DNA of 44,330 nucleotides, from IMG/VR virus record IMGVR_UViG_3300010384_000013; one strand, 5' to 3'. Below the pieces are notes generated by a model. The model was not told the origin of the DNA. It searched no databases and was given only the letters and a program-made list of their open reading frames with translations. The stretch comes from a virus. Below, in pieces: positions 24,841 to 33,131 of the stretch; within the stretch, counting starts at the first letter, position 1, and the number at the start of each line of letters is the position of its first letter. The position numbers and the translations under genes were made by a program.

Positions 24841-25539
24841 CTACCCTGCTGCCTTCAGAAATTCAAATGGAACGGTGATTGTCTCGTTTGCGGCTTCAAG
24901 ATTGTTGAGCAGCACACGCACCTGATCCTGATCATTCCAGGCCTGCACTGTGGCTTCGCGGCCTATCTTGTCGCCCCAGATGAGTTTGACCTCCTTGCCA
25001 GGGAATAGCTTCTTGCGAGCGGCTCGGATGATGTGTTTGCGCTTCTCGCGCACGAGCCGTTCGTTGGCTTTACTCAGGCTCTCTGCCTTGGCCTTGGCGG
25101 CCGCCTTACTGCTTTGTTCGAACATGCGGAGGCGGAACAGATCGATCGGGCTGATGGCGAACGGCTTGCCGCAGTTATCCACCACGCCATGAACACCAAC
25201 CACGTCGTAGAGCCTATACCAATCCGCGTCATTCGCCACCTCTACGAACATGTAGCCCTTGAGCATGGCGAAGCGGCGCAACTCGTATAGACCGGCTTTC
25301 TGGCGATTGCGGACAGCCAGGTATTCCGCCGGCATGTAATGGACGAAGCCAGCGTCATCGAGATTGGCCTCTATCTTAGTGCGGCTGGGATCTAGCTCCG
25401 ACGCTATGGTGTATCCCCTGCCACGCGCATGGCCATTGATAGCCGAGATGCTGGGCACTGGCCACCGCTCACGATGCGGAGACTGAAAGCCTGGCATCGT
25501 CCTAATTGCGAACCATAGCGGCGTTGCTGCCTTGGTCAT
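24841..25539 (-). CDS. NusG/RfaH-like transcription antitermination factor paralog (NGN + KOW)
   Basis: ATG 25539 is preceded by GGAG. It has the WFAIRTMPGFQ start, the LKGYMFVEVANDADWYRLYDVVGVHGVV NGN core, and the C-terminal KOW-like GKEVKLIWGDKIGREATVQAWNDQDQVRVLL. Confidence 0.75.
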   Translation of the reverse strand: MTKAATPLWFAIRTMPGFQSPHRERWPVPSISAINGHARGRGYTIASELDPSRTKIEANLDDAGFVHYMPAEYLAVRNRQKAGLYELRRFAMLKGYMFVEVANDADWYRLYDVVGVHGVVDNCGKPFAISPIDLFRLRMFEQSSKAAAKAKAESLSKANERLVREKRKHIIRAARKKLFPGKEVKLIWGDKIGREATVQAWNDQDQVRVLLNNLEAANETITVPFEFLKAAG

Positions 25540-25549
25540 GGTGTCTCCG

Positions 25550-25735
25550 CTAGTCGTGCCAGTTCCATGGAATATAGATGCGGCCCGAGTTGTACTCGAC
25601 GATCTCCAAGAGAACGGTGGCGATACCAACCTCGCCAATGCGCTTCTCGATGGCCTTTAGCTTCTTCGCCTTTTTGGTCTCTTCTTCACGGCGTTCTGCT
25701 TCGACATCCACCATTTCAGATCGATAATGACCCAT
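25550..25735 (-). CDS. hypothetical protein (61 aa)
   Basis: ATG 25735 is preceded by GAGGGTGAG. Sequence MGHYRSEMVDVEAERREEETKKAKK... Confidence 0.55.
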   Translation of the reverse strand: MGHYRSEMVDVEAERREEETKKAKKLKAIEKRIGEVGIATVLLEIVEYNSGRIYIPWNWHD

Positions 25736-25742
25736 GGCTATC

Positions 25743-25979
25743 TCACCCTCCGCAAGCCATCTTCCGGTACAGAGCTGAGCGCTCAAATAACGGATCACCG
25801 AAAACGCGAGATGTCAGCGAACGGGTATCGCGCGGTATCTCAGCCAGCCTGGCGGCTACGTCATTCGGATTGGGTGAAATCTCCCTCGCCGGAATGCCAG
25901 CCTGCCGGCGTAGCCGCGTCATCTCACGCATATCGGCCCGGCGTTGGATCTTGCATTTCTCATGCGTCGATCTACTCAT
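25743..25979 (-). CDS. hypothetical protein
   Basis: 78-aa ORF coupled to 25976..26221. Competing plus-strand ORFs look non-coding. Confidence 0.55.
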   Translation of the reverse strand: MSRSTHEKCKIQRRADMREMTRLRRQAGIPAREISPNPNDVAARLAEIPRDTRSLTSRVFGDPLFERSALYRKMACGG

Positions 25980-26221
25980 GAAGTAACTCCATACGGCATT
26001 GGAAGGTTGAGGCGCTTGCTGCGCTCATTCGATATCCATCTGAGGACTGTCGCCTCTCGCACGCTATACCGTTCAGCAAGCTGCATGGTGTCCTCGCCTT
26101 CGAATAGGAACCGGCGATAGGCTTGGAGTTGCCTCGAATGACGAGTGCATTCCCAGCCCGTAACTCGCGCGCTGAAAGGCATGTCGTCTGGGTCCTTCCC
26201 GGCGTAGTCGATGAGTGCCAT
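25976..26221 (-). CDS. small HTH DNA-binding protein
   Basis: 81 aa. MQLAERYSVREATVLRWISNER is an HTH-like segment. Confidence 0.6.
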   Translation of the reverse strand: MALIDYAGKDPDDMPFSARVTGWECTRHSRQLQAYRRFLFEGEDTMQLAERYSVREATVLRWISNERSKRLNLPMPYGVTS

Positions 26222-26596
26222 TCACCCCTCCCGCTTCTGCGCTTCCCAATCCTGCAGGAACTTGGGCTTGTAGTTGCTGAGCGGCTTCATCTGGACGACG
26301 TTCTCCGCCCGAGCTGCTAGGCGAGCCTGGTACTCACGTTCCTTGTCTGCCCAATCGAGGTAGGATTCCTTGTTGAGCCATGAAGCTGCGAGGGGGATGT
26401 ATGGCTTGTCCCGTTCGGGCATGTCGCGCAGGAAGGCTTTGGCGCCGTCCAAGATGTCCTCCGGCGATGCTCCGGACAGGATGTGCTTGCGGTAGGCGTC
26501 TCGCGCGTCCTTGCGCCCATCTGTGCGGCGCATGTGAGGGCGCCAGTAACTCCAGAACAGATCGAAGCCCTCTGGATCGTTTTCTCTGGTTTTCAT
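26222..26596 (-). CDS. hypothetical protein (124 aa)
   Basis: ATG 26596 overlaps the stop of 26593..27120 (ATGA). Sequence MKTRENDPEGFDLFWSYWRPHMRR... Confidence 0.65.
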   Translation of the reverse strand: MKTRENDPEGFDLFWSYWRPHMRRTDGRKDARDAYRKHILSGASPEDILDGAKAFLRDMPERDKPYIPLAASWLNKESYLDWADKEREYQARLAARAENVVQMKPLSNYKPKFLQDWEAQKREG

Positions 26597-27120
26597 GCTG
26601 CTTCCCTCCTCCGCAAAGCGAGAGCAGCTAAGACAAAGTAGGCAATGATGCTCATCCAAGCCTTGCCGATTACCTGGCCGGCAATGAAGTCGAGAGACCC
26701 GAACGCCAGCCAGAGGAACAGCGCGCTGTCGACAACTGACCCGACAATTCCGCCGGCCAGGATGGCGCGGCCGATGCTATTCCGCCTCAGTGGCGTGTAA
26801 ACCAGCATGTTCGCCAATTCAGCGAAGACAAACGCTGATACCGAAGCCACAACAAGTGCCGGCGGTGCGACGAACCAGGAAACCAGCCCTCCAATCGCCA
26901 CAGCAAGAACAGCTGCCCGAGTGCCTGAGATTTGTTGGATGACGTCGCGAAGGACCATCGCGGCGCCAATCATCAGAACGCCCGATGGAGCATTAAAGCC
27001 GAAGCCTACCGGAATAATGCATGGTCCATTGGGAATGCATTCTGTCCCCACATGGCCGATGAGCCAGTTCGCGACCGGGATAGTTGCGGCAAAGGCCGCA
27101 ATCAGGACAGCGGTCCTCAT
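26593..27120 (-). CDS. VUT/YhhQ-family (DUF165) queuosine-precursor (preQ0/preQ1) transporter homolog
   Basis: 175-aa polytopic membrane protein. VSAFVFAELANMLVYTPLRRNSIGRAILAGGIVGSVVDSALFLWLAF parallels E. coli YhhQ ASFMAYALGQILDVHVFNRLR...STLFGNVSDTLAFFFIAF. Confidence 0.7.
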   Translation of the reverse strand: MRTAVLIAAFAATIPVANWLIGHVGTECIPNGPCIIPVGFGFNAPSGVLMIGAAMVLRDVIQQISGTRAAVLAVAIGGLVSWFVAPPALVVASVSAFVFAELANMLVYTPLRRNSIGRAILAGGIVGSVVDSALFLWLAFGSLDFIAGQVIGKAWMSIIAYFVLAALALRRREAA

Positions 27121-27515
27121 GCCAGTTTCTCCCGAATATAGGTGACGGCGCTCTCAAAAGAGGTAGAAACGGCGTGCGAATGATAGAGCAGCCAAGGCGA
27201 AAGGCCCTGCTTGCCCCACTTCGAAACGACGACAATGAGTTTCCCTCGCTCCCAGGCGTAGAGAACTTCCATGCTGGTGCCGACCGAGGGTTTGTCATAG
27301 TTGACGATGATGGCGTCGGAATTCATCACGTCGATCTTGTCGAATTCCACGATCTCGTTGACGCTTTCGTGCTCCTTGCCTCGATAGTCTTGCCGCATTG
27401 GATCTAGCGTTGGGCCGTCCCAGAGGCCCTTGACGAGCTCGCGCCAGTCCTTGCATTCCTCGTCGGTGCAGCCGTTGATCGGCCCGCAAAGATAAATGGT
27501 CTTAGGCTGCGTCAT
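27117..27515 (-). CDS. nucleoside 2-deoxyribosyltransferase-like protein
   Basis: TIYLCGPINGC N-terminus and SVGTSMEVLYAWERGKLIVV (acidic catalytic-type motif). 132 aa. Coupled on both sides. Confidence 0.65.
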   Translation of the reverse strand: MTQPKTIYLCGPINGCTDEECKDWRELVKGLWDGPTLDPMRQDYRGKEHESVNEIVEFDKIDVMNSDAIIVNYDKPSVGTSMEVLYAWERGKLIVVVSKWGKQGLSPWLLYHSHAVSTSFESAVTYIREKLA

Positions 27516-28194
27516 CGAACATGTCCTTTTGCTGGGGGCGCATGGCCCATTTGATCGGGCATTGAACGGCGTCGATCCGGCGAGCCATCCGCTCTGGGTC
27601 TACTTCCTGTCCGACATTCTTGAAATTTCGGGCAACGTTCGTGCTATCGACGGAGGCGAACGGCCACCTATCACCAGAAAGCGCCATGCCGCGAAGCATG
27701 TGGATGGCGGCTTTCGAACCGACGCGCTCCAAAGCATTGAACGCTTCGTCGGCGCGGCGACACCATAAATCCGAACCGACTTGCCAATATTGTTTCGAGG
27801 ACCCGAAGCAGATGCGCGGCCATGTTTCGGCAAGCTCCAAGAGATAGGAGATATCGAGCCCCATGTGCCACACAGGGGCGCCATACCAGACGCCATGGGG
27901 CCAGGAAGCGACCATGGCCCGCTGCTGCTCAATCGAGCCGTCTATAACGTCCGGAATTACCGCCCAATGATAGAAGCCTAGCCTCGGCTCAAGCCAGGCG
28001 TAGAAGGCATTCCAATCAACTTGGCGGCCCTGAGTGTGAGCGGTGAACGCGCCGCTATCCCACATCACGGATTGCCCGTTCTGGAGGCACCAATCGGCGT
28101 CCCGCGCGTCCGCGAAGGAAACGCAGAAGTTCTTACCCGCAAGCTTTACGAGCTCTGAGCGCGGCGAGATTGGTGTACCGTGATAATGGATCAC
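27502..28194 (-). CDS. dpdA: DpdA-like (TGT-superfamily) DNA 7-deazaguanine transglycosylase candidate
   Basis: GTG 28194 is preceded by GAGGGA. MWDSGAFT matches the DSG(G/A)F catalytic motif of TGT/DpdA. 230 aa. It is in an operon with a YhhQ homolog. Confidence 0.6.
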   Translation of the reverse strand: MIHYHGTPISPRSELVKLAGKNFCVSFADARDADWCLQNGQSVMWDSGAFTAHTQGRQVDWNAFYAWLEPRLGFYHWAVIPDVIDGSIEQQRAMVASWPHGVWYGAPVWHMGLDISYLLELAETWPRICFGSSKQYWQVGSDLWCRRADEAFNALERVGSKAAIHMLRGMALSGDRWPFASVDSTNVARNFKNVGQEVDPERMARRIDAVQCPIKWAMRPQQKDMFDDAA

Positions 28195-28238
28195 GACGTT
28201 TCAGTCCCTCAATGCGGGCTTGGCGCCCTCGAATGCGT

Positions 28239-28595
28239 CTAGGCGGCTTCCAGAATTACGCGGACGGCCCCGCCTTTGACTGGTGTGTCACGGCGAATGG
28301 TTGTCTCGAACCGGCTGTCATCGATGCCGAGCGCGTCCGCCACGCCATCTCGGAACGCCTTCACTGAACTGATTAGGTTGTCGTCGTCCCTGCGGCGCTT
28401 GTCGGGCTCCTGGAATACCCAGGTCACCTTAAGCTTGCCGGGAATGTCGAAATCGCCGGGACGAATGCCGGCTTCGCGAACACACCATCCCGCCACCTGA
28501 CGTGCATGCTTGGCGTCCCTCGCCTTGCGGCTCCAGTGAACGCGGGCATTGGGCGAGAGGCTGCGCGGCGGCCATGGAAGCGTGATGGCAATCAT
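28239..28595 (-). CDS. rusA: RusA Holliday-junction resolvase
   Basis: ITLPWPPRSLSPNAR... and PDKRRRDDDNL match E. coli RusA (ITLPWPPSNN, PDRRRRDLDNL). Confidence 0.9.
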   Translation of the reverse strand: MIAITLPWPPRSLSPNARVHWSRKARDAKHARQVAGWCVREAGIRPGDFDIPGKLKVTWVFQEPDKRRRDDDNLISSVKAFRDGVADALGIDDSRFETTIRRDTPVKGGAVRVILEAA

Positions 28596-29356
28596 GCGGC
28601 CTCCAAATGAGAGAGGATGGCGCGGCCAATCATTTCCGGGATTTTGGGAACTACCGAATTTCCAAGGGCGGCAATTTCGTCCACCCTGGCGGAAATCCCA
28701 TCATTCGCACGTAGGCGGCCAAAATTAGCGGGCGGTCCACTCCTAATGCGGCGAGCGCCGACGAGGGACCAGACACGCTTGAACCCTTGTTCCACACCTT
28801 CATCATAGAAGACGCTGGGAAGCAGAATTCTATCGCGCACCCTTTCCGTGGGGTTGGCAATAATCCACACTCTGTCACGTCCGTGCGGGGCACCAACACA
28901 GGAAGCTGGAACGCAATGCCATTCCGCGTCATACCCGATCTCGGCCAAGTCTCCGAGTACTCTGCCAAACCAAGCTCCCCGGTCACCAGCAAGCAGGTTT
29001 GTGACGTTTTCCATGATTGCGAAGTCTGGTCGTAGTTCGCCAATGAGGCGGCATAGTTCACTCCAGAGGCCGCTGCGCGCGCCAGTGATCCCCGCACCCT
29101 TCCCTGCGCTTGAGAGGTCTTGGCATGGAAACCCGCCGCAGATGACATCAACCCCGGAAATTCCATCTGCCTGAAGGCGTCCGGCTGTAAGCTCTCTAAC
29201 ATCATGGTAGCAAGGAACCTCAGGCCAATGTTTCCCCAGCACGCGGCGGGGGAATTCCTCGATCTCGCAGAAGGCAACGGTCTTGAATCCACCCGTGCGT
29301 TCCAGCCCGAGCGAGAAGCCCCCGATACCGCTGAAAAGGTCGAGCACGCGCAGCAT
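28592..29356 (-). CDS. DNA (cytosine-5)-methyltransferase, short form
   Basis: Motifs DLFSGIGGFSLG (I), GGFPCQDLS (IV), ENV (VI) and GNSVVP (X). The start is ATG 29356 (coupled, MLRVLDLF) or ATG 29374. Confidence 0.88.
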   Translation of the reverse strand: MLRVLDLFSGIGGFSLGLERTGGFKTVAFCEIEEFPRRVLGKHWPEVPCYHDVRELTAGRLQADGISGVDVICGGFPCQDLSSAGKGAGITGARSGLWSELCRLIGELRPDFAIMENVTNLLAGDRGAWFGRVLGDLAEIGYDAEWHCVPASCVGAPHGRDRVWIIANPTERVRDRILLPSVFYDEGVEQGFKRVWSLVGARRIRSGPPANFGRLRANDGISARVDEIAALGNSVVPKIPEMIGRAILSHLEAA

Positions 29357-29517
29357 CAGCCGAAATGCCTCCACACCGCACAGGCAGCAGCAATGAGGCC
29401 CATGCTAAGGACGATGACAGGCCAGCCATAGCCAAGGAACCAGAGAGGGTATTTCGTCTCTGGCTCTTCGGGGTAGTCTAGGCCTTGTATGCGGCGGATC
29501 ATGTCTTCGGTGAGCAT
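29356..29517 (-). CDS. small membrane protein (53 aa, below the ORF-track cutoff)
   Basis: MLTEDMIRRIQGLDYPEEPETKYPLWFLGYGWPVIVLSMGLIAAACAVWRHFG. Its stop overlaps the methyltransferase ATG (TGATG). Confidence 0.45.
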   Translation of the reverse strand: MLTEDMIRRIQGLDYPEEPETKYPLWFLGYGWPVIVLSMGLIAAACAVWRHFG

Positions 29518-29520
29518 GGG

Positions 29521-29934
29521 TTATTGATCCCCATGATTGGTCGTCAGCTCGTTCGCATCACCCTTGAAATCGAAGTCTGGGAGGATCGTCTGAGGCTTGA
29601 ACGTCACCCGGTAATGGTAGGCGCTGACATCGGCGCCATCGATCTGCTCGGAGAAATAGGTCACGTTGTCGGAGAGGCCGAGAAAGTGCTTCTTATAGGC
29701 GTTCTTGCCGGTCTTACACGTGACCGAGAGTTCCCGCTGGCTATCGAAGTTGCCGAGCGAACAAAGCCCCTCGATAGCCAAGATATAGGCGCCAGTGATG
29801 CCGTTGTAGAAAACGATGCGCCGGTTGATCTCGAAATTGTCGGCGGCCTTGGAAATGTTACTGGACGCCACGTCGGCGTCAGTGCAGCCAGCCAAAGCGG
29901 CCAGTAGGCAAGCGGATGCAATGATCTTCTTCAC
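29521..29934 (-). CDS. lipoprotein
   Basis: MKKIIASACLLAALAGC is a signal peptide with lipobox. 137 aa. Confidence 0.8.
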   Translation of the reverse strand: MKKIIASACLLAALAGCTDADVASSNISKAADNFEINRRIVFYNGITGAYILAIEGLCSLGNFDSQRELSVTCKTGKNAYKKHFLGLSDNVTYFSEQIDGADVSAYHYRVTFKPQTILPDFDFKGDANELTTNHGDQ

Positions 29935-29937
29935 TGG

Positions 29938-30381
29938 TCATTCTCCGTGATTTCTGGGCATATCCACTCCGCAAGCCCGGCTCCCCAGCCCCTCAATTTG
30001 ATGGCTATGGAAAGCCTCGTCTTGACGCTCAAGAAGCGCACGAAGAGAGGCGGTTTTCTCGATGAATGCGGCATGCTCTTTCCTCGCTTTCTGGAGCAGT
30101 TCACGCTCTTCTTTTGCCTTTGCCGCTGCCGCATGGAGTTCGCGCATCTCGCGGAATTCCACATAGGCCGCTTCGCCGTTCCAGAACGAGCGAACCCGCC
30201 GTTCGGTCCATTGCCAGTCCGGCTCGTTCTTGTGGGGGAACATCGAAACCAGGCGCGAATATGCATTGCCGAGGATGGCTTTCACCTTCCCGGCGCCGCC
30301 GATATCCGCGACGTACGATCGCGCCAACGCTACATCTGACACTGACATTTTCTTATCCGTATTTGCGGGTGCTTTTCCCAT
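29938..30381 (-). CDS. hypothetical protein
   Basis: 147-aa ORF with a charged helical C-terminal half. Confidence 0.65.
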   Translation of the reverse strand: MGKAPANTDKKMSVSDVALARSYVADIGGAGKVKAILGNAYSRLVSMFPHKNEPDWQWTERRVRSFWNGEAAYVEFREMRELHAAAAKAKEERELLQKARKEHAAFIEKTASLRALLERQDEAFHSHQIEGLGSRACGVDMPRNHGE

Positions 30382-30600
30382 GATCTCGGCTGTCCTTCTG
30401 GTGTCTGTTGCTCACATGGAGAACAGGCACAGACGAAAGGACTGGCGCGAGAGTGAGACGATGGAAGACGCGGCTCGTAGGCTCCTGGCAGAACTTGACG
30501 AACGCACGAAGAAACGACGGCTTGCCGGAGCCGAAACGCCGGCCAAGTTTAAGGACGAGGAACCGAACGATCATTCGGAAGAAGGGGGTGACGTGCGACA

Positions 30601-31077
30601 TCAATCGACCCATCCCCAAGTTTTGCCACTGATCACTGCCGAGATGTTGGATTCTGACACGTGGAATTGTTTGGCTATCGCGGCGCATGTAGCCGTTTGC
30701 CTAAGGAGCCGGATCTGGCGGATATTGTCAGCCGTTAGCTTCGCCCGAGCAATTTGCTCGCCACGCAGAACGGTATTGTGGAGGTATTTGTCTTGAGAGT
30801 TCTCGAATGGGGTAGCCCACCGAAGATGCTTTGGATTGACACATGAGGGGCGTCCGCAAGAGTGCGCCGCTTCATGGTTTTTCGACGGAGACGGCCCGTG
30901 CACTGTATGGCAAACGAGCCGCGTTATACGCCAACGCTTCCCGTCGAAATCCCCAACCCCATAGCCCTTTAAATCAGTCGCGTATGGCCAATGTAGGCAC
31001 GCTGACGTGTTCGATGAGATCGCCATAAGAATGAACTCGCGGATAGATCCGCGTTTTGGATACGGCTTCCTAGGCAT
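30601..31077 (-). CDS. HNH endonuclease with C-terminal HTH
   Basis: AAHSCGRPSCVNPKHLRWATPFENSQD is an HNH pattern. The C-terminus is IAKQFHVSESNISAVISGKTW. Locally lower GC. Confidence 0.8.
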   Translation of the reverse strand: MPRKPYPKRGSIREFILMAISSNTSACLHWPYATDLKGYGVGDFDGKRWRITRLVCHTVHGPSPSKNHEAAHSCGRPSCVNPKHLRWATPFENSQDKYLHNTVLRGEQIARAKLTADNIRQIRLLRQTATCAAIAKQFHVSESNISAVISGKTWGWVD

Positions 31078-31341
31078 GGGAATGCCTCCAGAGATTCAAG
31101 ATTTCCCGTGGTCCCCGGGAAAAAATGCGGAGGAGCGGAGCCATAAGGGTTCGGGTAGGCTCGACGCTCCTCCGCAGCGGCCCGCCGCCAGGGAGGATGA
31201 ATGCAGCGGGATTGGAATTGGCGGACGCGAGACTTGCGTTCAGAGAGAATCGACTTCCAACGGTTGCTCGTGTCCTGCCGAGGACGATGCCGTTGGACCT
31301 ACAGACCGCGCTGAACACGCTCCTCGGTTTTGGTGACGCGC

Positions 31342-31941
31342 TCATGCCGCTTCTGCTCCATGGTTTGGATGGAACCCAAGCGAGGCTTCGGCCTGCTTGC
31401 GAGCGGCTATGGCAGCATCAAAGTCCTTGAAACGGCCGACTGCGCGAACTTTGCCTGACGCATGTATCGAGACAACCCAGTCTTGCCGCGTCTGGCACCA
31501 TGAGACGCCAGTCACGCCACTCGTGTTGTTGGAATTCCTAGAGCGGTTTTTCTGGTTCTCCAGGACACCAACATCGCGAAGATTAGAAATACGATTATCG
31601 GAACGAAGGTGATTTATATGATCGATTTGCTCAGGCCAGACGCCATGGACCATAAGCCAAGCGAGCCGGTGAGCCCTGTATTCACGCGAGTCTATGGCGA
31701 TGCGCACGTAACCTTCGCCGTCAATCCTGCCGGCTTTTTTCCCGGCGAACCTAGCGTTCCAAATCTTCCACCCGCGTTCAGAGGCAGTGGCGCTAAGACA
31801 CGCAGTCCTTTCTCGCCATGTGAAAGCTCCGGTCTCGGGATTGTAATCGAGGAGGTCGCGAACCAACCGCGCTAACTCGGCGGGTTTACGGTGCTGAGGA
31901 ACAACGCGCGTCGGTGATGAGGTGTTGGCTGCGAGGATCAT
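31342..31941 (-). CDS. HNH homing endonuclease with AP2 domain (paralog of 14469..14996)
   Basis: RAHRLAWLMVHGVWPEQIDHINHLRSDNRISNLRD, followed by SGVTGVSWCQTRQDWVVSIHASGKVRAVGRF. Confidence 0.85.
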   Translation of the reverse strand: MILAANTSSPTRVVPQHRKPAELARLVRDLLDYNPETGAFTWRERTACLSATASERGWKIWNARFAGKKAGRIDGEGYVRIAIDSREYRAHRLAWLMVHGVWPEQIDHINHLRSDNRISNLRDVGVLENQKNRSRNSNNTSGVTGVSWCQTRQDWVVSIHASGKVRAVGRFKDFDAAIAARKQAEASLGFHPNHGAEAA

Positions 31942-32075
31942 ATGCGCCTCGCAAAGGCCATCCAGGCGAAGTTAAAGCAGGCCAGAACCATGCAAAAAAA
32001 TGCGATGGTAGCGTTCCCGTTGGCGGCGCTCATAAATGCCAACCCGCTACACCAGCCTGCCGCAAAGAGGTTCAT
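31938..32075 (-). CDS. small membrane protein (45 aa, below the ORF-track cutoff)
   Basis: ATGA overlaps at both ends. Sequence MNLFAAGWCSGLAFMSAANGNATIAFFCMVLACFNFAWMAFARRI. Confidence 0.4.
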   Translation of the reverse strand: MNLFAAGWCSGLAFMSAANGNATIAFFCMVLACFNFAWMAFARRI

Positions 32076-32407
32076 GGCTGCACCTCTGAATTAGTGCCGA
32101 CAGGCGACGAGGGAGGGGTGATTTCACCTGCCGGCTTCGCTGCCTTGGCTTGGGGAGGAGGCAGCGAGTGGGTATCTTGGGAGAGAGCTGCGTCGATGGC
32201 GGTGACAAACCACGACCACTTGTCCGGAAGGTTCCGGGCCGCGTCCATCGCCACCTCTGCGGCGTGATTCCAATCGCGGGCTGCGACGCTCAACTCTACG
32301 TCTCGCGACTGGTAATCAAGTTCATGAGATGTGAGGTATGGATGCCTTCCGTTCAGATGCACCTTGACGCGAAACGTCCGAAAACTTTTGCGGCGGCTGA
32401 AGATCAT
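32072..32407 (-). CDS. hypothetical protein
   Basis: 111-aa ORF, first gene after the 32408-32664 repeat-rich intergenic region. Confidence 0.6.
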   Translation of the reverse strand: MIFSRRKSFRTFRVKVHLNGRHPYLTSHELDYQSRDVELSVAARDWNHAAEVAMDAARNLPDKWSWFVTAIDAALSQDTHSLPPPQAKAAKPAGEITPPSSPVGTNSEVQP

Positions 32408-32521
32408 ATTTTCCCCCGCCAGCTATCATTTGCGCGGTGGAGATGGTTGATGCCGCTGAAATATAAGCTTCCGCTCATTAAAGCAGCGCGCGAACACACC
32501 AACCGCGCGTTGTGTGCGGAA

Positions 32522-32587
32522 GTGATTTCGTAACCATTCGTGATCAACTGATGTGAATAATTGTGAATGGGCCGTGATTTGTGATTT
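32522..32587. repeat. cluster of GTGATTT / TGTGAAT direct repeats in a divergent intergenic region
   Basis: GTGATTT occurs at 32522, 32574 and 32581. TGTGAAT occurs at 32552 and 32562. CGTGATC occurs at 32539. The segment is AT-richer. Confidence 0.6.
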
Positions 32588-32664
32588 GCTGGTCCGACCA
32601 GACTATGCTTGCCTCTACTCGCCGGGGCTGAAAAAGAAGAATTCCGGCTTGGGAGAGAGCAGCA

Positions 32665-32907
32665 ATGAGTCAGTTTATTATTCCGGCCAGAGTGCCGGAA
32701 TTTCGCGTTTCCGGCATTGCGTTCATTCACGATCTGGGAGACGGGAACCACCTGTTTGCGATGTATGCGAACGAGGGAACAGACAAGGTTATCCGGTTCA
32801 AGGCGGTTATATCCGCCGCTACCATCTACACCAACATGCAGCAAACGATGACGCACCTCGGGTACTCGTGCTGTGGCGGGCAGCGGATGAGAGTTGCGAT
32901 GAACTGA
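32665..32907 (+). CDS. hypothetical protein (opposite strand, lower GC)
   Basis: 80 aa. GGGAGAG lies 8 nt upstream of the ATG. The gene is convergent with the Cro-like gene. Confidence 0.5.
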   Translation: MSQFIIPARVPEFRVSGIAFIHDLGDGNHLFAMYANEGTDKVIRFKAVISAATIYTNMQQTMTHLGYSCCGGQRMRVAMN

Positions 32908-32909
32908 CA

Positions 32910-33119
32910 TCATGCGGCCTCGTCGGCGCGCTCGATTTCTTCCTTCATCCAGGCCATGAGCCTGTCGTAGGTCTTCACGGTAAAGCCGGCGCCATTCCTC
33001 ATGCGCCGGAAGAAGGTGTTGTCCTTGATGGCGCGAAGACCGATCGTCTCCTCGGTGATGCCGCGCTTCGCCAGCATGGCGGCGGATTCGAGCAAATTGG
33101 TTCGGAGTTCGTTTTCCAT
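32910..33119 (-). CDS. Cro-like small regulator (assignment by position)
   Basis: 69 aa, divergently transcribed from the CI-like repressor across the operator region. Confidence 0.6.
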   Translation of the reverse strand: MENELRTNLLESAAMLAKRGITEETIGLRAIKDNTFFRRMRNGAGFTVKTYDRLMAWMKEEIERADEAA

Positions 33120-33131
33120 GATTGCCTAGTA

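Noticed and set aside
30230-30796. 188-aa plus-strand ORF across the 30382-30600 gap and into the HNH gene
   Set aside because: It overlaps two minus-strand genes. Only the central charged segment (MEDAARRLLAELDERTKKRR...) looks protein-like, and it has no independent stop. I cannot support it as a gene. The gap may simply be homing-endonuclease flanking DNA.
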